Part shown: one piece after another, positions 11,420-23,690 of the stretch
How the letters are laid out: the number at the start of each line of letters is the position of its first letter
Numbering within the stretch: the first letter of the stretch is position 1
Assembly: GCF_036321535.1 (NCBI RefSeq)
Contig: NC_087455.1
Location: 1,984,001-2,048,000 of the forward strand
Reading direction: 5' to 3'
Origin: Camelus dromedarius
Taxonomy: Eukaryota
Length of the DNA: 64,000 nt
Position numbers and translations under genes: made by a program
Notes under the pieces: generated by a model
What the model saw: only the letters and a program-made list of their open reading frames with translations
Databases searched by the model: none
What the model was told of the DNA's origin: nothing

Positions 11420-13505
11420 TTGAGCCCGTAAGCCTGCCTCGGCCATCTCAGAGAAGCCTGTTAAAATAACAGGAAAGGCAGTGAACAGGCACAAAGAGAA
11501 TGTCAGGGACAGAACAGCAAAATGCCACACCGCTGCCAGAGGTGGAAGAGAGACGGATGGAGGTGGTGGAATTGACCCAGTGGGTCAGGTGAACTCAGGA
11601 GTCCGCTGCAGGAAAAAGGGAAACAAAGCGATTCGCTCCATAGGAGCCAAGACGGCCTCAAGAGTCAGAGACTCTCGGTGTCCCTAGGGGAGCAGCGAGA
11701 GCGCAGGTGGGACTGAGAAGAAGGAAGCTTGTTTTAACGTCTTTATAAACAGGAGGCAGCCTGCTCCGTTCCCTCCCTCCCTCCCTCCCGAGCATCCGCC
11801 GGCAGCACCTCCCGTGTCCGGCAGACCTGACGTCCACTCTCGGGAGCTGTCGCACCAGACGGGCTCCAGCATGGACAGCAGGGAAAATGAGGGCAAGGTG
11901 TTTCACTGACACGGCTTTCTCCAGTCCGTGTGTCATCCGCCCCCTTCCCCACTCAACTCTGAGACTTCTGGGAGCCAGGCTCCCGCTCCCCCAGCAGGTG
12001 AGAGACATCCTCTCTAGGCGAACGCGTTGGCCGAAGAGGAAAGACCCACACACACTGATAGCTGTGCCTCCCTGTCACCAGACGTTGGGCCCCTCCAGCC
12101 CCCGCACAGGGTGTCGAATTGAGTTTTCACGATCGACTTACAAAAATGAGCAAACTTCCACGGCCACTCAACCCCGAGGAGAGCTTCTAATGTGAGAGAG
12201 AGAAGCCAAAACCAACGGAAAGGAATGAGCCAAAGCAAACTCAATGAGCCAGAGACAGTAATAAATCGGGGGAGTGACAACAGAAGCAACACTAAATCCA
12301 GGTCTCCAGCAAAATAATGGAAGACATTACCTTCATCCCAGCATTAGGATGCTGTGAAAAAGGAAAAAATCATAACACTGAAAAAATCTCTTATTAATTA
12401 AAAGTTAGAGAACGAAAAATGGTTTAATTCAACATACTATTTTGAAGATAAGGGAATTTTCTAGAAGATAAAGCAAAATAAGCAAGAGATAAAAGAATAA
12501 GAAAGTTAATGGTCAGCTCGTGAGGCCCAAAGCCCAAATAATGACACTTCCAGAAAAAGACAACAGAAAATGTAGAGAAGAGAGAGTTAGCCAAGAAAAA
12601 ATCCAAGGAAATTGGCTTCCAGGTGAACGGGCCCGCATCAGCGTGGTACTTCAGACTATCTGGGAAAAGACAAGGCTCTGAAGATCCTTGGGGGAGAGCA
12701 AAGGCGTGAAACAAACGACCAGGCCTAAGGGTGGCACCAGTCCTCTCTAAAGCCTCACCAGAAGCTAGAGGACAAGGACTCTCTGAATATTCTAGAGAAA
12801 AGTGAATTTCAAATGAAAACGGTAGCCCCAGCCAAACTACAAGCCACTGTGGTGATGGGGTAAAGGCTTTCTCCAAGGTCTCAAATTCTTTCTCTTTTTT
12901 TTTGGACCCATTCTCAGGGAGCTTCTGAGGACCACGTTCCCTATGAATGAGAACTTAAATGACAAAAGAGGAAGTCACAGAATCCAGGGACCCAGGACCC
13001 CATGTAGAAGGCGGATGCAGGACCCCCAGGGAGATGAGGCAGAGGAGGCCCGGGGCAGCAGACCAGAGAGCAGTCCTTCCACGGGGAAGCAGCGGTGGGA
13101 GGGCCAGGGAGGGGTGGCTCCAGACAGCAAACGAGCTGAGGGATTACCCAACGCGTTTCAAATGGATCAAAAGGAACTCACTTCTGCCAGAATGCCTAAC
13201 TAAATTAGTATATGCACACAGGTAAATTAAATAATTTGCAGTTATCAACTCCAGGAACTGCACAGTCATAACAATCTAAACCTTGAATGTCGGTTGGTTC
13301 CCCTGCAAGGGTGGAGAGCAGGAAGTTAGTGTGCCGGTGTAGGAGCCGAGAGAGGTGCATCCTTACCTTCTGCTGTTGGAAGTCAATAGGCTGCATCGAA
13401 AGCTGAAAAATCAAGACAGAGCAGTATAAGCGTGCGATTCAGAAACGTGGAATTAGGTGCCAGAAGAAACAGACACAAGTGAGGAGAGTGGTTTCTTTGG
13501 GAAAA
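11420..13505 (+). mobile_element. HAL1 (ORF1-only L1 derivative) relic
   Basis: HAL1-like motifs: aaaatgagcaaac..gagcttctaatgtgagagagag; cccagccaaactac..aaggtctcaaa..ttctcagggagcttctgagg..aaaagaggaagtcacagaatccagg; aaaaatcaagacagagcagtataagcgtgcgattcagaaacgtgga..ccagaagaaacag. The 5' boundary is uncertain. Confidence 0.7.
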
Positions 13506-13934
13506 TGGAGATGGTTAAGATTTTGAGAGGCCAATAAACCATTATCTTCTTCCTCGGTCAAGTTCTGAATCAATTGAAGAATATGACAGAGGAGCCAGCA
13601 GATGGAGGATAAATCACCTTTATGACTAATAAAGGTTAAGTTGGAGCAGGCCGTTTGATATGAAAGCGAAAATGGTTCTGGTAACTTCCTTTTCACTGAC
13701 CTACCTCACCGGTCTAGACTCTGGAACAGGGTCAGAGGGTGAGTCTGTCTGCAAAGCAAGACCCTTCCCAGGTCACCTTCTCCCATCGGTCTAAGAGGAG
13801 ACGTGTTGCCACCAGTCAGGTACTTCATTTCATCTTATTTGAGTGGAATAAGGGCCGGGAGTCTTTGGGGACAGAATCTTTCTCCTGCAAACCAGAGAGG
13901 TAAGGAGCAGGTGTTCCCTCCACCCAGAGCTGTG

Positions 13935-14030
13935 AGCAGGCAGGATTAGAGCCAGCAGTTTACAAGTTTATAAGCTTTGTAAAACTGTACGTGTGTATTA
14001 TTTTGATAAGAATAAAATTAAATACTAAAG
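13935..14030 (+). mobile_element. HAL1 3' tail, separated from the main body by a ~430 bp insert
   Basis: ttataagctttgtaaaactgtacgtgtgtattattttgataagaataaaattaaa matches the remembered HAL1 tail. Confidence 0.55.
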
Positions 14031-14229
14031 ATTGGTTTGGAAAGCAGCATTTAAAACGGAGTAAATTTCCAGTTGTTTCAAGGGATAAGCAGGGGCTCTT
14101 CAGATAGAGAAGCAGGGGAAAGATACTCCCTTTTCTTTAAAGAGCCTGTGTCAGAGTGCAGAGAGCGAGAGTGCGGGTCTGCCAGCTGTGGCTCCCTGGA
14201 AGGACGGTGTGACGATACCGTGCGGCTCC

Positions 14230-14480
14230 TGGGAGGCGGGGAGAGACTCAGGATGGGGCTGGAGGGGGCTGGAACCAGATCAGGGAGGACCGTGTTTGCA
14301 GGACAAGTTTGAAGCTTGGATTCTACCCGCTCCATAATGTGTGATAGGGCGTGGGGGAGTGAAGCGTGATCAGATCTGGATTCTAAAAAGTGCATTCTTC
14401 CAGCATTGCAGAAGATCAGAGGTGCACAGGTAGAAGACAGGAAGACAGGTGAGGAGGGTGTGGTCATCCCCCAGGTGAGA
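14230..14480 (-). mobile_element. L2 fragment
   Basis: ggagtgaagcgtgatcagatctggattctaaaaag..caggaagacaggtgaggagggtgtgg is the reverse of the L2 3' region. Confidence 0.65.
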
Positions 14481-14994
14481 GGGCAGTTTGTTCACAGCAG
14501 TGGCAGCAAGCTTGTCAATGGTCGCAGCTGTTCACAGCATCCGGTAACTTCAGAAGGTAGTTGACCGTCCTGAGCAGCATATGCTAAAGGTAACTTGGTG
14601 CCAAGGAGTGGCTTCTCTGCCCAGTGCCGTCAGTAGCAGGAGATGGCTGTACACCTGGTCAGTACAGCCTTAGCGAGTCCAGATGTAAGAAGACCGAGGT
14701 GTGCTAGGCAGGGCAGGCCACTGTGGGTGTGGCAGGCAACCAGCTGGCTGCTCCTATTGGAGGCTTTGGTCCTTGGGTCAGACTTTTGGGGAACACATGG
14801 GAAATTTGTTGCTGGGAAAATTTCTCTGGAGAGAGTGTGCAGACTGGTCTGGGAGTATCCAGAAAGGCTCTGAAGACGAGGTAGCACTTCCACTCAGTTT
14901 TGGTTTGAGGAGCAGCGCTGGGTGAAGAAGTAGTGAAGTGTGTTACGACAGGAGTTGGAAAGTTAGTGTGAAAAAGGACAGGTAATGAGGTCCT

Positions 14995-15320
14995 CAGGAC
15001 ACAGAACAGCAGAGATAGTGAGGAAGTAAGCGAGAGAGGAGAAGGCGGGGCAAACTGCGAAGGTCCTTAAATGTCAGAGTATAGAGCTGTGGGTTCTTCC
15101 CTAGGCAACAAAGAGGCATTGAAGGGTTTGAAGCAGTGGAGGGATATGGCCAGGTCTGCATTTTATAAATTGTTGGCAGGAAGCAGTGCGGAATATGCAT
15201 TAGAGGTGAGAGACCTGGGACAGATGGAAGCCACCAGGGAGACGCTGAGCAGAGCAGGTGAGTGATCGTCCGGGCCTGAATCTGGGCAGTAGCCACGCTG
15301 GGAGAGATGCAGCCTGGCAG
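14995..15320 (-). mobile_element. L2 fragment
   Basis: gaggcattgaagggtttgaagcagtggagggatatggccaggtctgcattttataaat. Confidence 0.7.
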
Positions 15321-16089
15321 GGCTGATGGAGAGGTGAGTGCCAGGCAGAACTGGCCTGGTGATGATAAAGTTCGCTGTGGGAGCGGGGGGTTATTGGGGT
15401 GTCTAGGAGTGGGGAGATGGAGTGTGAAGAAGCAGAAGAAGTAGCTTGCTCAAGGGCAGACCTAGAGCTGTTGCAAGACCTCATTTAGAGCCTCTGCCAG
15501 CTAACTGCTGAGTCAAGGGAGCTTTTCCACTTCCCCATTGCCAGGCAAGGAACCAAGCTGTTCCACTGTCCCCTAGCAGCACTGGAACGATTAGTGCTGG
15601 TCGGGTGCTGGAAGCCTTATTTCCTTAGTGCTTGACATCTTCAAAGGACAGAAACTCCAGCCCAGACAACAGCCCAGGCTTACAAATTAGTCAATTTAGT
15701 TCCATTCCAGATGAAGAAGGTGGCTTTTCTCAGCCTCACATCCTCTCCAAAGTTGGAGAAGCAAAAAGAAATATTCTCTTGGCCTGGAGGAAACCACTAG
15801 CCAGAAGAACATGAACTGTTTTCAAGGTTCTGTGTGTCTTGCCACGAATTTGCACATAGGCAAAACCGTGAGCCCCTCACATTGGGTTCTTTCTGGGACT
15901 TGAAAAAGGCACCAATGACCTGGCATTCACTTGAAAGAAATCAGTTCCTCTAGAAAGAAATACAAAAGACTGAGGGGAGCACGCAAGTACGTGCTACTAA
16001 ATTAACACATGAGCAGGGACTGGGCTATGAGCTCACTGGCTTGGAAGAGGAAGACAAAAGAAAGCACTTCTTGTTACCCACTATTCTTC

Positions 16090-16250
16090 AGGCAGAGGAA
16101 GTTTGTACGTACTACCTTGTCTCCATCCGAGGAGGTGGGTGTCACTGTCCTCATTTCACCAAAGAGGAAACTGAGATACAGAAAGTTTGCTCGACTTCAA
16201 AACTCCTCATCTGCAAAGTTGGGCTTCACCCCCAGGCATGCTTTTGGGAC
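16090..16250 (-). mobile_element. MIR fragment
   Basis: tgtcctcatttcaccaaagaggaaactgagatacagaaagt. Confidence 0.65.
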
Positions 16251-17574
16251 AGAAATCCTGGGAGAGGAGAGGAAGAACCTTAGAAACCTCAGGAATGTCC
16301 TAAAAATGCAGAACATAGTGAAACGAAGTTCTAGTGAGAGGAGGTTGCAACAGGAACGATTTCCAGGACCACGGGTATGTACCACATTGTAATCAGGTTC
16401 AGGGGCAGTTTGAGGGAAGCCTGCAGTTCTGCAGAGGGGTGGGGAACACAGAAGCAGAAAACCTTAGCAGTTGAAAGGAATTGTGGTGGCCATCCAGTCC
16501 TTGCTCAGTGAAAACCTAAAGCCCCATCATAACATAGTCAAAGCCAGTGCCAGTGTCCCCTCCCTCCTCCTCGTGCACTGGCTCTTGTGGATTCTGGGCA
16601 GCAGCTGCAGCCATTGAAACAGTGTTCATTTCCTTCCTTTGTGAGAGCCACAGTAGAAGGAAAGAAAGACGGAGAGTGGGAGTGGGTCTGATAAATGATC
16701 CACCGGGAAAAGCAAGTTCACAAGTGGGTGGAAATTAGGATACAAGATCCCTGAAGCCCTCTTACTCATTCATGGTTAATGTTGAAGTGCCGAGCCCTCG
16801 ACTTTAGACTCTTGGCTCTGACGACTGCGTTTATGAGTTGTCAATCTACTGGGGGGAGAGTAAGTTCATAGCGATAGATGGTTGTAATGCTTCCTCTGGT
16901 TAATGTGCTCAGAAACGGAGTATTCCTGCCATTTGTTCTCATAGCAAATTCTCCGTGAATGCGTGGGAGGAACACAGTGAGGAGGTCAGGACCGTGGACA
17001 GAGTCCCCATCAACCAGGAAGGCAGCTCTGGGTAAGAATCCCTGATTGACACCTTGGACAGAGCCCCTAAGAGCAGGCTGTGAACTGGGGATCTCAGGCT
17101 ACGGCGGAACGGTGACGGTAGGAGACTGGGGTGAATACGAGGAGAGTGCATGTTTGGTTGTCTGCTGTGTAACTGAGGGAGGTTGGAGTGAACGATTGCC
17201 AACCTCCATTTCTACCCAAAATACTATGCCCTGCTCAAATATCCTCTTATTTCATTTTCATAAATAAAAACGACGACCTCTTACGTCTACTGAGTCAATT
17301 ACAATTGAAAGTGCCCCTCCCGTCTTTTTTCCCATCAGATCCCAACCCTGGCACTGTGAAGCGGGCAGTCAGTGCTGATTTCAGAGGCGAGCACCTGAGA
17401 CCCACACTCCGATCCAGAGCCACCCAGGGAATCCGAGGCAGAAGCAGGCTCAGGATTCCAGTCTTGCTCGTGGTGCTCCCTCCCATCAGACGATGAGAGG
17501 GCTGACTGGGGCTGGTAGGAAATCTGGTTTAAGACTCGCTGCCTTCTAAGCTTTGACAGTGGTCGTTTGCATCA

Positions 17575-18200
17575 AGAACGGAAAGCTGCTGCCAGAGGTA
17601 TCTTTCTAAAACACAGATTTCATCATGTCACTCGTCTTGTTTAAAGCCCTCTAAGGGCTCCCCATGGCCCACAGGATAAAGTCAAATAATCTCAGTAAGA
17701 TGTTCAAAGCCCTTCAAAGTTTGACCTGCCTGCCTCTCCAGCTACAGTGCCTGACGTCCCATCTCAAGCAGCTTAGACTTCATTCCCAGGAAATTCGTTA
17801 TTGTTCCGCGGAAATCTCCTCTGGGGCTCTGGGGCTCTGGGGCTCTGGGGCTCTGCCTGCACTGTCCTTTCTGCCTAGAATGCTCTCCCATCCCTCCCCT
17901 GCCTTGGGTTGATAATGAGTGAACTTGTAACCAAAACTCGCCACCAAAGTTGCAGCCTTTTTGAATTTCATGGCAGTTCGACGGGCAGAGTTTAACTTTC
18001 TGCTCTGTGCTTCCACACAGCTTTGTTCTTACCCAATTATCACATTCATCACACTATACTCTAATTATCTGGGCACATTTCTTCCTTCCAAACTGAACTG
18101 TGAGCGCCTCCGAGGCAAGGACTCCTGCTGACTCATCCCTGTTTACCTCGCCAGTACTGAGATGCAGACGCTCACAGGGAACGTTTGTGAAATGAGAGCC
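17575..18200 (+). mobile_element. L2 3' region, containing (CTGGGGCT)x4 at 17821-17855
   Basis: gccagaggtatctttctaaaacacagatttcatcatgtcactc..gctccccatggcccacaggataaagtc..ttctgcctagaatgctctccc..gaactgtgagcgcctccgaggcaagg. Confidence 0.8.
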
Positions 18201-18564
18201 CAGGACCGCGAAGACTGGTTTGCAGAGACAGAATCACAACAGCGGACGCTGATCTCCAGTGGTGCGCCTCTGGAACGCTTGGAGGGATCTGGAACCTGTG
18301 GGGCCAATTCGAGAAGCTGCAAATGCCAGTAGGAACCATTAGCTACTAGAAGCACCTCACCCATTCCCGTGTTCTGGCCCGTGGGCTTGGGGCTATTCTT
18401 CGTGGAACAGAGGCTGTTGCCTCCACTGGTGGATTCAGTTACCCAGTCCTCTTGTGTGCTCCCCTGAGTAGGCCTGGGGCTCCCTGAGTGACCCATCCTG
18501 CCGCCTTGTCTTGCCTTGAACGCAGTCAATGTTTGCTGTAAGTTCAGATCCTGGGTTATAGCTA

Positions 18565-18780
18565 AGATTCATCCAATGATTCAGCACACCTTTACTGAAC
18601 ACTTGCTAAGAGCTGAGCCCTGTGCCAGATGCAGAACACCTCAAGGCAAGGACCATGGAGACGCATGATCCTCATGACAGAGGAAGGACACAGCAGGCAT
18701 GCAGGGAGGCCAGGGTCCAGTTTAAGGGGTCAGAGAAAGCCTGGAGGGGAAGAACACTTGTGCTGTGTCTTGGGGGATGA
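18565..18780 (-). mobile_element. L2 3' tail
   Basis: attcatccaatgattcagcacacctttactgaacacttgct..gccctgtgccag. Confidence 0.65.
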
Positions 18781-19269
18781 GGCAGCCAACACATGGCCCT
18801 TATCTACTGGGTGCTCCCTGCTCTTCAAGGACCGTTATGCTCCCTCTTGATTCTCCTCCTTCATTTGTGGCTCAGAGTCACCTTCACTTACTTTACTTAC
18901 TTTGAGGAGATTCTTAGGAGAAAACTTGGTTGGGGGACGGGGCATAAAAAGGGAGGAAGAGCTGAGTTTCCACCAACTCATTAAACCAGCCCCTACTGCT
19001 TCTGGGGACCAATATGAATTCCCGCATGGCTTTGGGGATGTCACACCTTAACGCCTCCATCGTGACTAGACTCTGCCGCTAATGGGTGTGTAATTTGGAT
19101 GATAATGCAAAATCTGTTTAGCAATTAGGGCTCCGAGTGTGCTACCAGCTGAAAGGGTGGGCTGGCGTGGGGGCCGTGCTGCCCTGCAGGTCTGCGGTAC
19201 CGCTGCCCCGAAGACTAATAACCATTAGTATCTGCAGGGTTGGGTAAACTGTCGCATTGCGCATGCGTG

Positions 19270-19420
19270 CGGTTGAACTCTTCCAAACGTCCTTCATGTG
19301 CCGTTTTTCCAGATCTGACCCTCCACAGGCCTGCTAGGTAGGGAGGCCATGCATTATTATTTCCACTTCATGGATGATGCAATGGAGGCCCAGAAAGATA
19401 AGGTGACTTGGTCAGATTGG
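19270..19420 (-). mobile_element. MIR fragment
   Basis: ctaggtaggga..attattatttccacttcatggatga..ggaggcccagaaagataaggtgacttg. Confidence 0.6.
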
Positions 19421-19854
19421 AGGTGGGGGGGAGAGGTCTGCACAAGATTTATTTTCTCCTGGCTGAGAGTTCAGGTGGCTGTTCTCTGTGTCCAAATGGT
19501 ACTATGGGGGGAGACCTGACCTCCTCGTGACAGGACACCTGTGCACCTCCATGGGCTTGCTTATTTAGTGACTCTTTTGGTTGTTAATCTATTTGTTAAG
19601 AGCAGGAGCCTCACCTGGTGTTTAGGTCTGCATGCCCGGCACGCAGCCTGGAGCCTCCATGAGTGTCTGCAGATGGTGGTTTCCAAGCAGTGGGAGACCC
19701 AGTTTCTGGCCCCAGAGCCCCCGACTAGCATGCAGCCATGAGTACAGCCTCCTTCTATGAGGAGTGCCTCATGGATAAGGAGTGCCTCAACTCCTGCACC
19801 CACGACTTCGGATGTGGGATGAGAAGCCCCAGGAAGCACCTGCCATGCTAGAAA

Positions 19855-20030
19855 GCTCAGGTTCCTGCTTCCCACTCCCTGCTGGGTTGCGCTGGGCAGG
19901 TCACCTAACATCTCTCGGCCTCGGTTTCCCCATCGGCATCACAGAGAGTGAAACGGCCCCCACTGGGCCATCATGATAATCACACAAAACAACACATACA
20001 AATCGCTTCACACAGAGCGTCAGGAGCTCC
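19855..20030 (+). mobile_element. MIR fragment
   Basis: ctgggcaggtcacctaacatctctcggcctcggtttccccatc. Confidence 0.65.
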
Positions 20031-20334
20031 TTGCCTGACAAATTTTAGCTACTTTTCAATGACAACATCGTGCCAGGAAAGGACACCACCCCTTTCTAGA
20101 GAAGGCTCACGATTTCAAGATTTCTCCTTTCAACTCTTGTTCGCCTGCTACGCACAGGCTTTTGCGCGCGTGGAGATGAATGAGTCTCAGCCAGGCTCAC
20201 ATCTGCGGGAGATGAGCTGCGTCCACAAGCTCATCCCTCTCCCACCTGACTTCCCTAACAAGCAACTGAACCGCTGAGATTGGGAGGGAAAAAAAGAGAG
20301 GGATGGAGGAGAAGCAGGGAGGGAGCGGCCAGGC

Positions 20335-20620
20335 CATATCACTGGCGCAAAGGAGGATGATTCAAGTCAAATGTGGTACTGATTCAAATCCCAAAATGAC
20401 TGATGCATTTTCCATGGTGTTTTATTAATCAGCCTCAGATGGAGCACAATTTGCAAATTTCATGTGGCAGCTATTAAACATTTTCTCCTCCGTAAGTAAA
20501 TGAAAGGGATTTACTAATTCCAGCAGGCACTTCGTGAGTTGGTAATGGGAGCGAGCGCCTCCACACCAGCGGACCTACTGAAACTGCCCAGAATGCAACC
20601 CCAGCTCAGGCGCCGGCTAC
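20335..20620. promoter_or_regulatory. Candidate conserved non-coding element / enhancer
   Basis: AT-rich, non-repeat island in GC-rich DNA with clustered homeobox, POU and FOX-like motifs. Conservation itself cannot be seen from this window. Confidence 0.4.
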
Positions 20621-21649
20621 GCTGACTCACTCCCTCACATGTGCTCGAGGCCCCGGCAGATTTGATCAATACTGATACAGTGGCAAAGGGCAGTGATTGT
20701 CAAGACGCGCCCAGTTTGAGTGTTGACGCTCCTGGAGGGAGGGGCGAGGGCTGTCATCAAATGGTTAGTTTGTGAGGCCCCCCCGGGGTCAGGATTTTTG
20801 TCTCCATCTGACAAAGGAGGAATTGGAGGCTTAAAGAGGTAGAGTGCAGCTCTTGGGGCAGAAGAGGACGAGACCTGCCGACTGTACAGAGGGCAGGGGG
20901 TCAGTGACCCTCCGGCAGCCCTGCCAGCAGACCCCTGGAGGCAGAGACCCTGGGGCAGTGCAGAGCGTCAAGCTGGCATCCAGGCAGTCCTGCTGGGCGC
21001 CCAGCGTCAGAGCCAGCCTCTCCCTTATCTGCACAGCTCTTCACGGCCGTGACTGTTTGGATGGTTTCCCCTGAATCTCGGACCCCAGACGCCTTGGTAG
21101 TGGACCCGTGGCTGGGCACACTGCGAGTGACACTGCCCGCTAGAGGAATGCTCAGAGCACATGCCATCTTTGGGGGTGTCTGCTGACAGCCACAGAAACT
21201 CTGTCGGCTGAGAATTTGGTCTGCATGGCAGGGCTGATTCAGGCACAGAGGAGTTTAAGAATCCCCAGGAAGCTCGAGAATCACCAGGAGATTCCAGAAA
21301 TAGACAGGCGTAAAGGGAGCTACGTAGCCAAAACCGTGGTCAAAATCATCCCGCCCGCCTGCCCCCCCGCCCCCTGCCTGTGCAGGAGGACTCCGCGGCC
21401 GCCGCCATTCACGCCGGACGCCCACGCAGCGCTCGGCTCACCCTGGGGCCCACGCGGTGTGGCCACGCTGGGGAAGAGGCTCTCGTGCTCCTGTCCCAGG
21501 GGCACCTGAGGCTGCCTGCCCGTGTCCCACCATCTAAGTGAGCAGGGAAAGGTGACGTTGGGTTCCACTGGTCGTGCCATCAGAGAGCAGTGCGTGACTC
21601 TCGGGCCCCGCCGGGATGCAGCCCACAGGGCTCCGTAGGAGGAGAAGGG

Positions 21650-21775
21650 CCACTCACACTTTGCACCCACGTTGCCTTTAAGGCGGCCCTAGAGCTGGTA
21701 AAACGAATCACCCACACAAAAACGGTCCGAGTCTCAGAGCCGAAGTTCAAATCCAAGGCTTGCACCATTTCCTGG
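21650..21775 (-). mobile_element. MIR fragment
   Basis: cagagccgaagttcaaatccaagg, the MIR B-box region in reverse. Confidence 0.45.
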
Positions 21776-21825
21776 CCAAAATTCTTAGAGGAATATCACG
21801 TGTCTTACTGTTTACAGAACACGCC

Positions 21826-22187
21826 TGCATAGACTGAACTTTGTGCCCTGCTCAAACTCGCACGCTGAAGCTCTAACCCCCAGTGGATGGGGTTGGGAGG
21901 TGGGGTCTTTGGGAGGCGATTGGGTTGTGAGAGTGGGGTGCTTGTGAATGGATTAGTGCCCTTGTGAGAGAGACCCCAGAGAACTCCCTCATCCCTGTCA
22001 CCATGTGAGGACACAGCGGGAGGACGGCTGTTCACAAGCCAGGGAGGGGGCCCTCACCAGATCCCGAATCTGCCTACACCTTGATCTTGGACTTCCAGCC
22101 TCCAGAACTGTGAGAAATGAGTCTCTGTCCTTTATAAGCTCCCCATTCTGTGGTGTTCTGAAGTAGCAGCCTGAACAGACTGGGACA
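21826..22187 (+). mobile_element. Full-length MaLR solo LTR, MLT1A0-like
   Basis: tgcatagactgaac...ggaggtggggtctttgggagg..gagaccccagagaactccc..ccttgatcttggacttccagcctccagaactgtgagaaat..cagactgggaca; TG...CA termini. Confidence 0.9.
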
Positions 22188-22320
22188 ACATTTAACCTTC
22201 ATGTGACCTCACCGTCACCCTGGGAGGAAGATGCCCGCATGGCTCCGTCTCACAGATGAGGGTGTTGAGGTTCCGGGAGACTGAGGCGCCCTGGCAAACA
22301 CTGCCCAGCATTCTCAGAGC
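22188..22320 (-). mobile_element. MIR fragment, apparently interrupted by the MLT1A LTR
   Basis: catttaaccttcat..ctcacagatgagggtgttgagg. Confidence 0.55.
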
Positions 22321-23519
22321 TGTGACCAGGTCTTTGTTCTGTTTTCTCTTCCCTTGTCCCAGAGATGCCAGCTCCCTGGAGCAACCGGGCTGGGCAGGGT
22401 GGGAATCACTGCAGAGCCTGGGCTTCTGTTCCTCCGAGATGTGCGTCCTTGTCTCGTCGGACTTGGTAGGCTGCAACATTCTGCACCGATAGAGCGCTCG
22501 CTCTCTGCCAAATGCCAGCCCGACTCCTGCGTTACTTACCGGTTAATATCACAGATGTACGCAAACCCCTCCTCCTGCTGCAGCCTTGGAGACGCCGGGA
22601 GCAGCCGCCAGCCCCACCTGGACTTCTCCATCGGGGTCAGCCTCTCCACGTCTGGCTCCCCCATGCGCACTTACTCATAACTTCTTTGGCCAAAACCGAG
22701 TGTCACTGGCAGGGGAACAAAGCCTCGGTTCATCACCAGCTTGTCTAGTTAAGATGAAGAACGGACAAAGGGGCTTTGTTATTTGCCTATGAAGTCCAAG
22801 CACGACCTCCATCCTTCAAAGCCTTCTCTCTCCCGAGTCTACCCTCAGTTTTATTCCATCTTCCCAATTAACTCCTCTCCGCGTCTGGGAAGGAGCGTCT
22901 GTTTTATCATGTGCTCGGCCCATCCCTGCGTCTGCACCTTGTCCCCAGCGTTCAGTCTGCCATCTCTTCCCTTACCAGCCGCAGCCATCCTTACACACAG
23001 CCCACGCCTCGCTGTGCCTGCTCCTGACTCAGCCACCGCTCCCGCTGCAGGAAGCCGAGGAGGGAGTCCGGGGGCTGCGCTGCTGTCAGTGAGGGGAGCC
23101 CAGGGCGCTCCGCGGGTGGTGTTGAGGGCTCGGCTCCAGAGGAGCAGAGCGCTGAGTGGCTGCGGACGGAGAGAGTGGGTACCTAGAACCCCGGTCGGGG
23201 ACAAAGCCCGCACCACTGATGGAAATAGGGGGGCTGTTTCGCATGAATACATTAAGTATCGACCAAACTGGGAAGTGTATGGGACATCTACTAAGGCCAC
23301 TCTGTGGCAGCCGGAAGTGCCCTTGAGAGAAGTCCTGGTCAAAGGTCGGTGATAAATAAGCACACTTGTGTGGAACTCTTAAGACCAGACGGGGTGAGGT
23401 CTCCAAAACAGAACGTACAGAGGGGAAAGGAGGCGCACGAAATGGCCACATCCTCCCCGACTCGTAGACGGCCTGGGAGTAAGCAGGGCAGAGCGGGAGA
23501 CAGAAGAGCGAAGCTTCCC

Positions 23520-23690
23520 CTGAAGGCCGGCTCTAAGCTCACCGGAGGCCACTTTGCTCATTTTCAAAATGGAAATAATGATACCGCCCTGCTCTGGTGG
23601 AGCTGTTCCGGACACACACGCCGATGAAGGGCAGGGGGCCCGCCTGCGGCGCGCTGGGGAGGTCGGCGGCATTGCTCACAAAGCGCGTCT
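23520..23690 (+). mobile_element. MIR fragment with GC-rewritten 3' half
   Basis: ctttgctcattttcaaaatggaaataatgataccg core, followed by a GC-rich tail. Confidence 0.55.
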
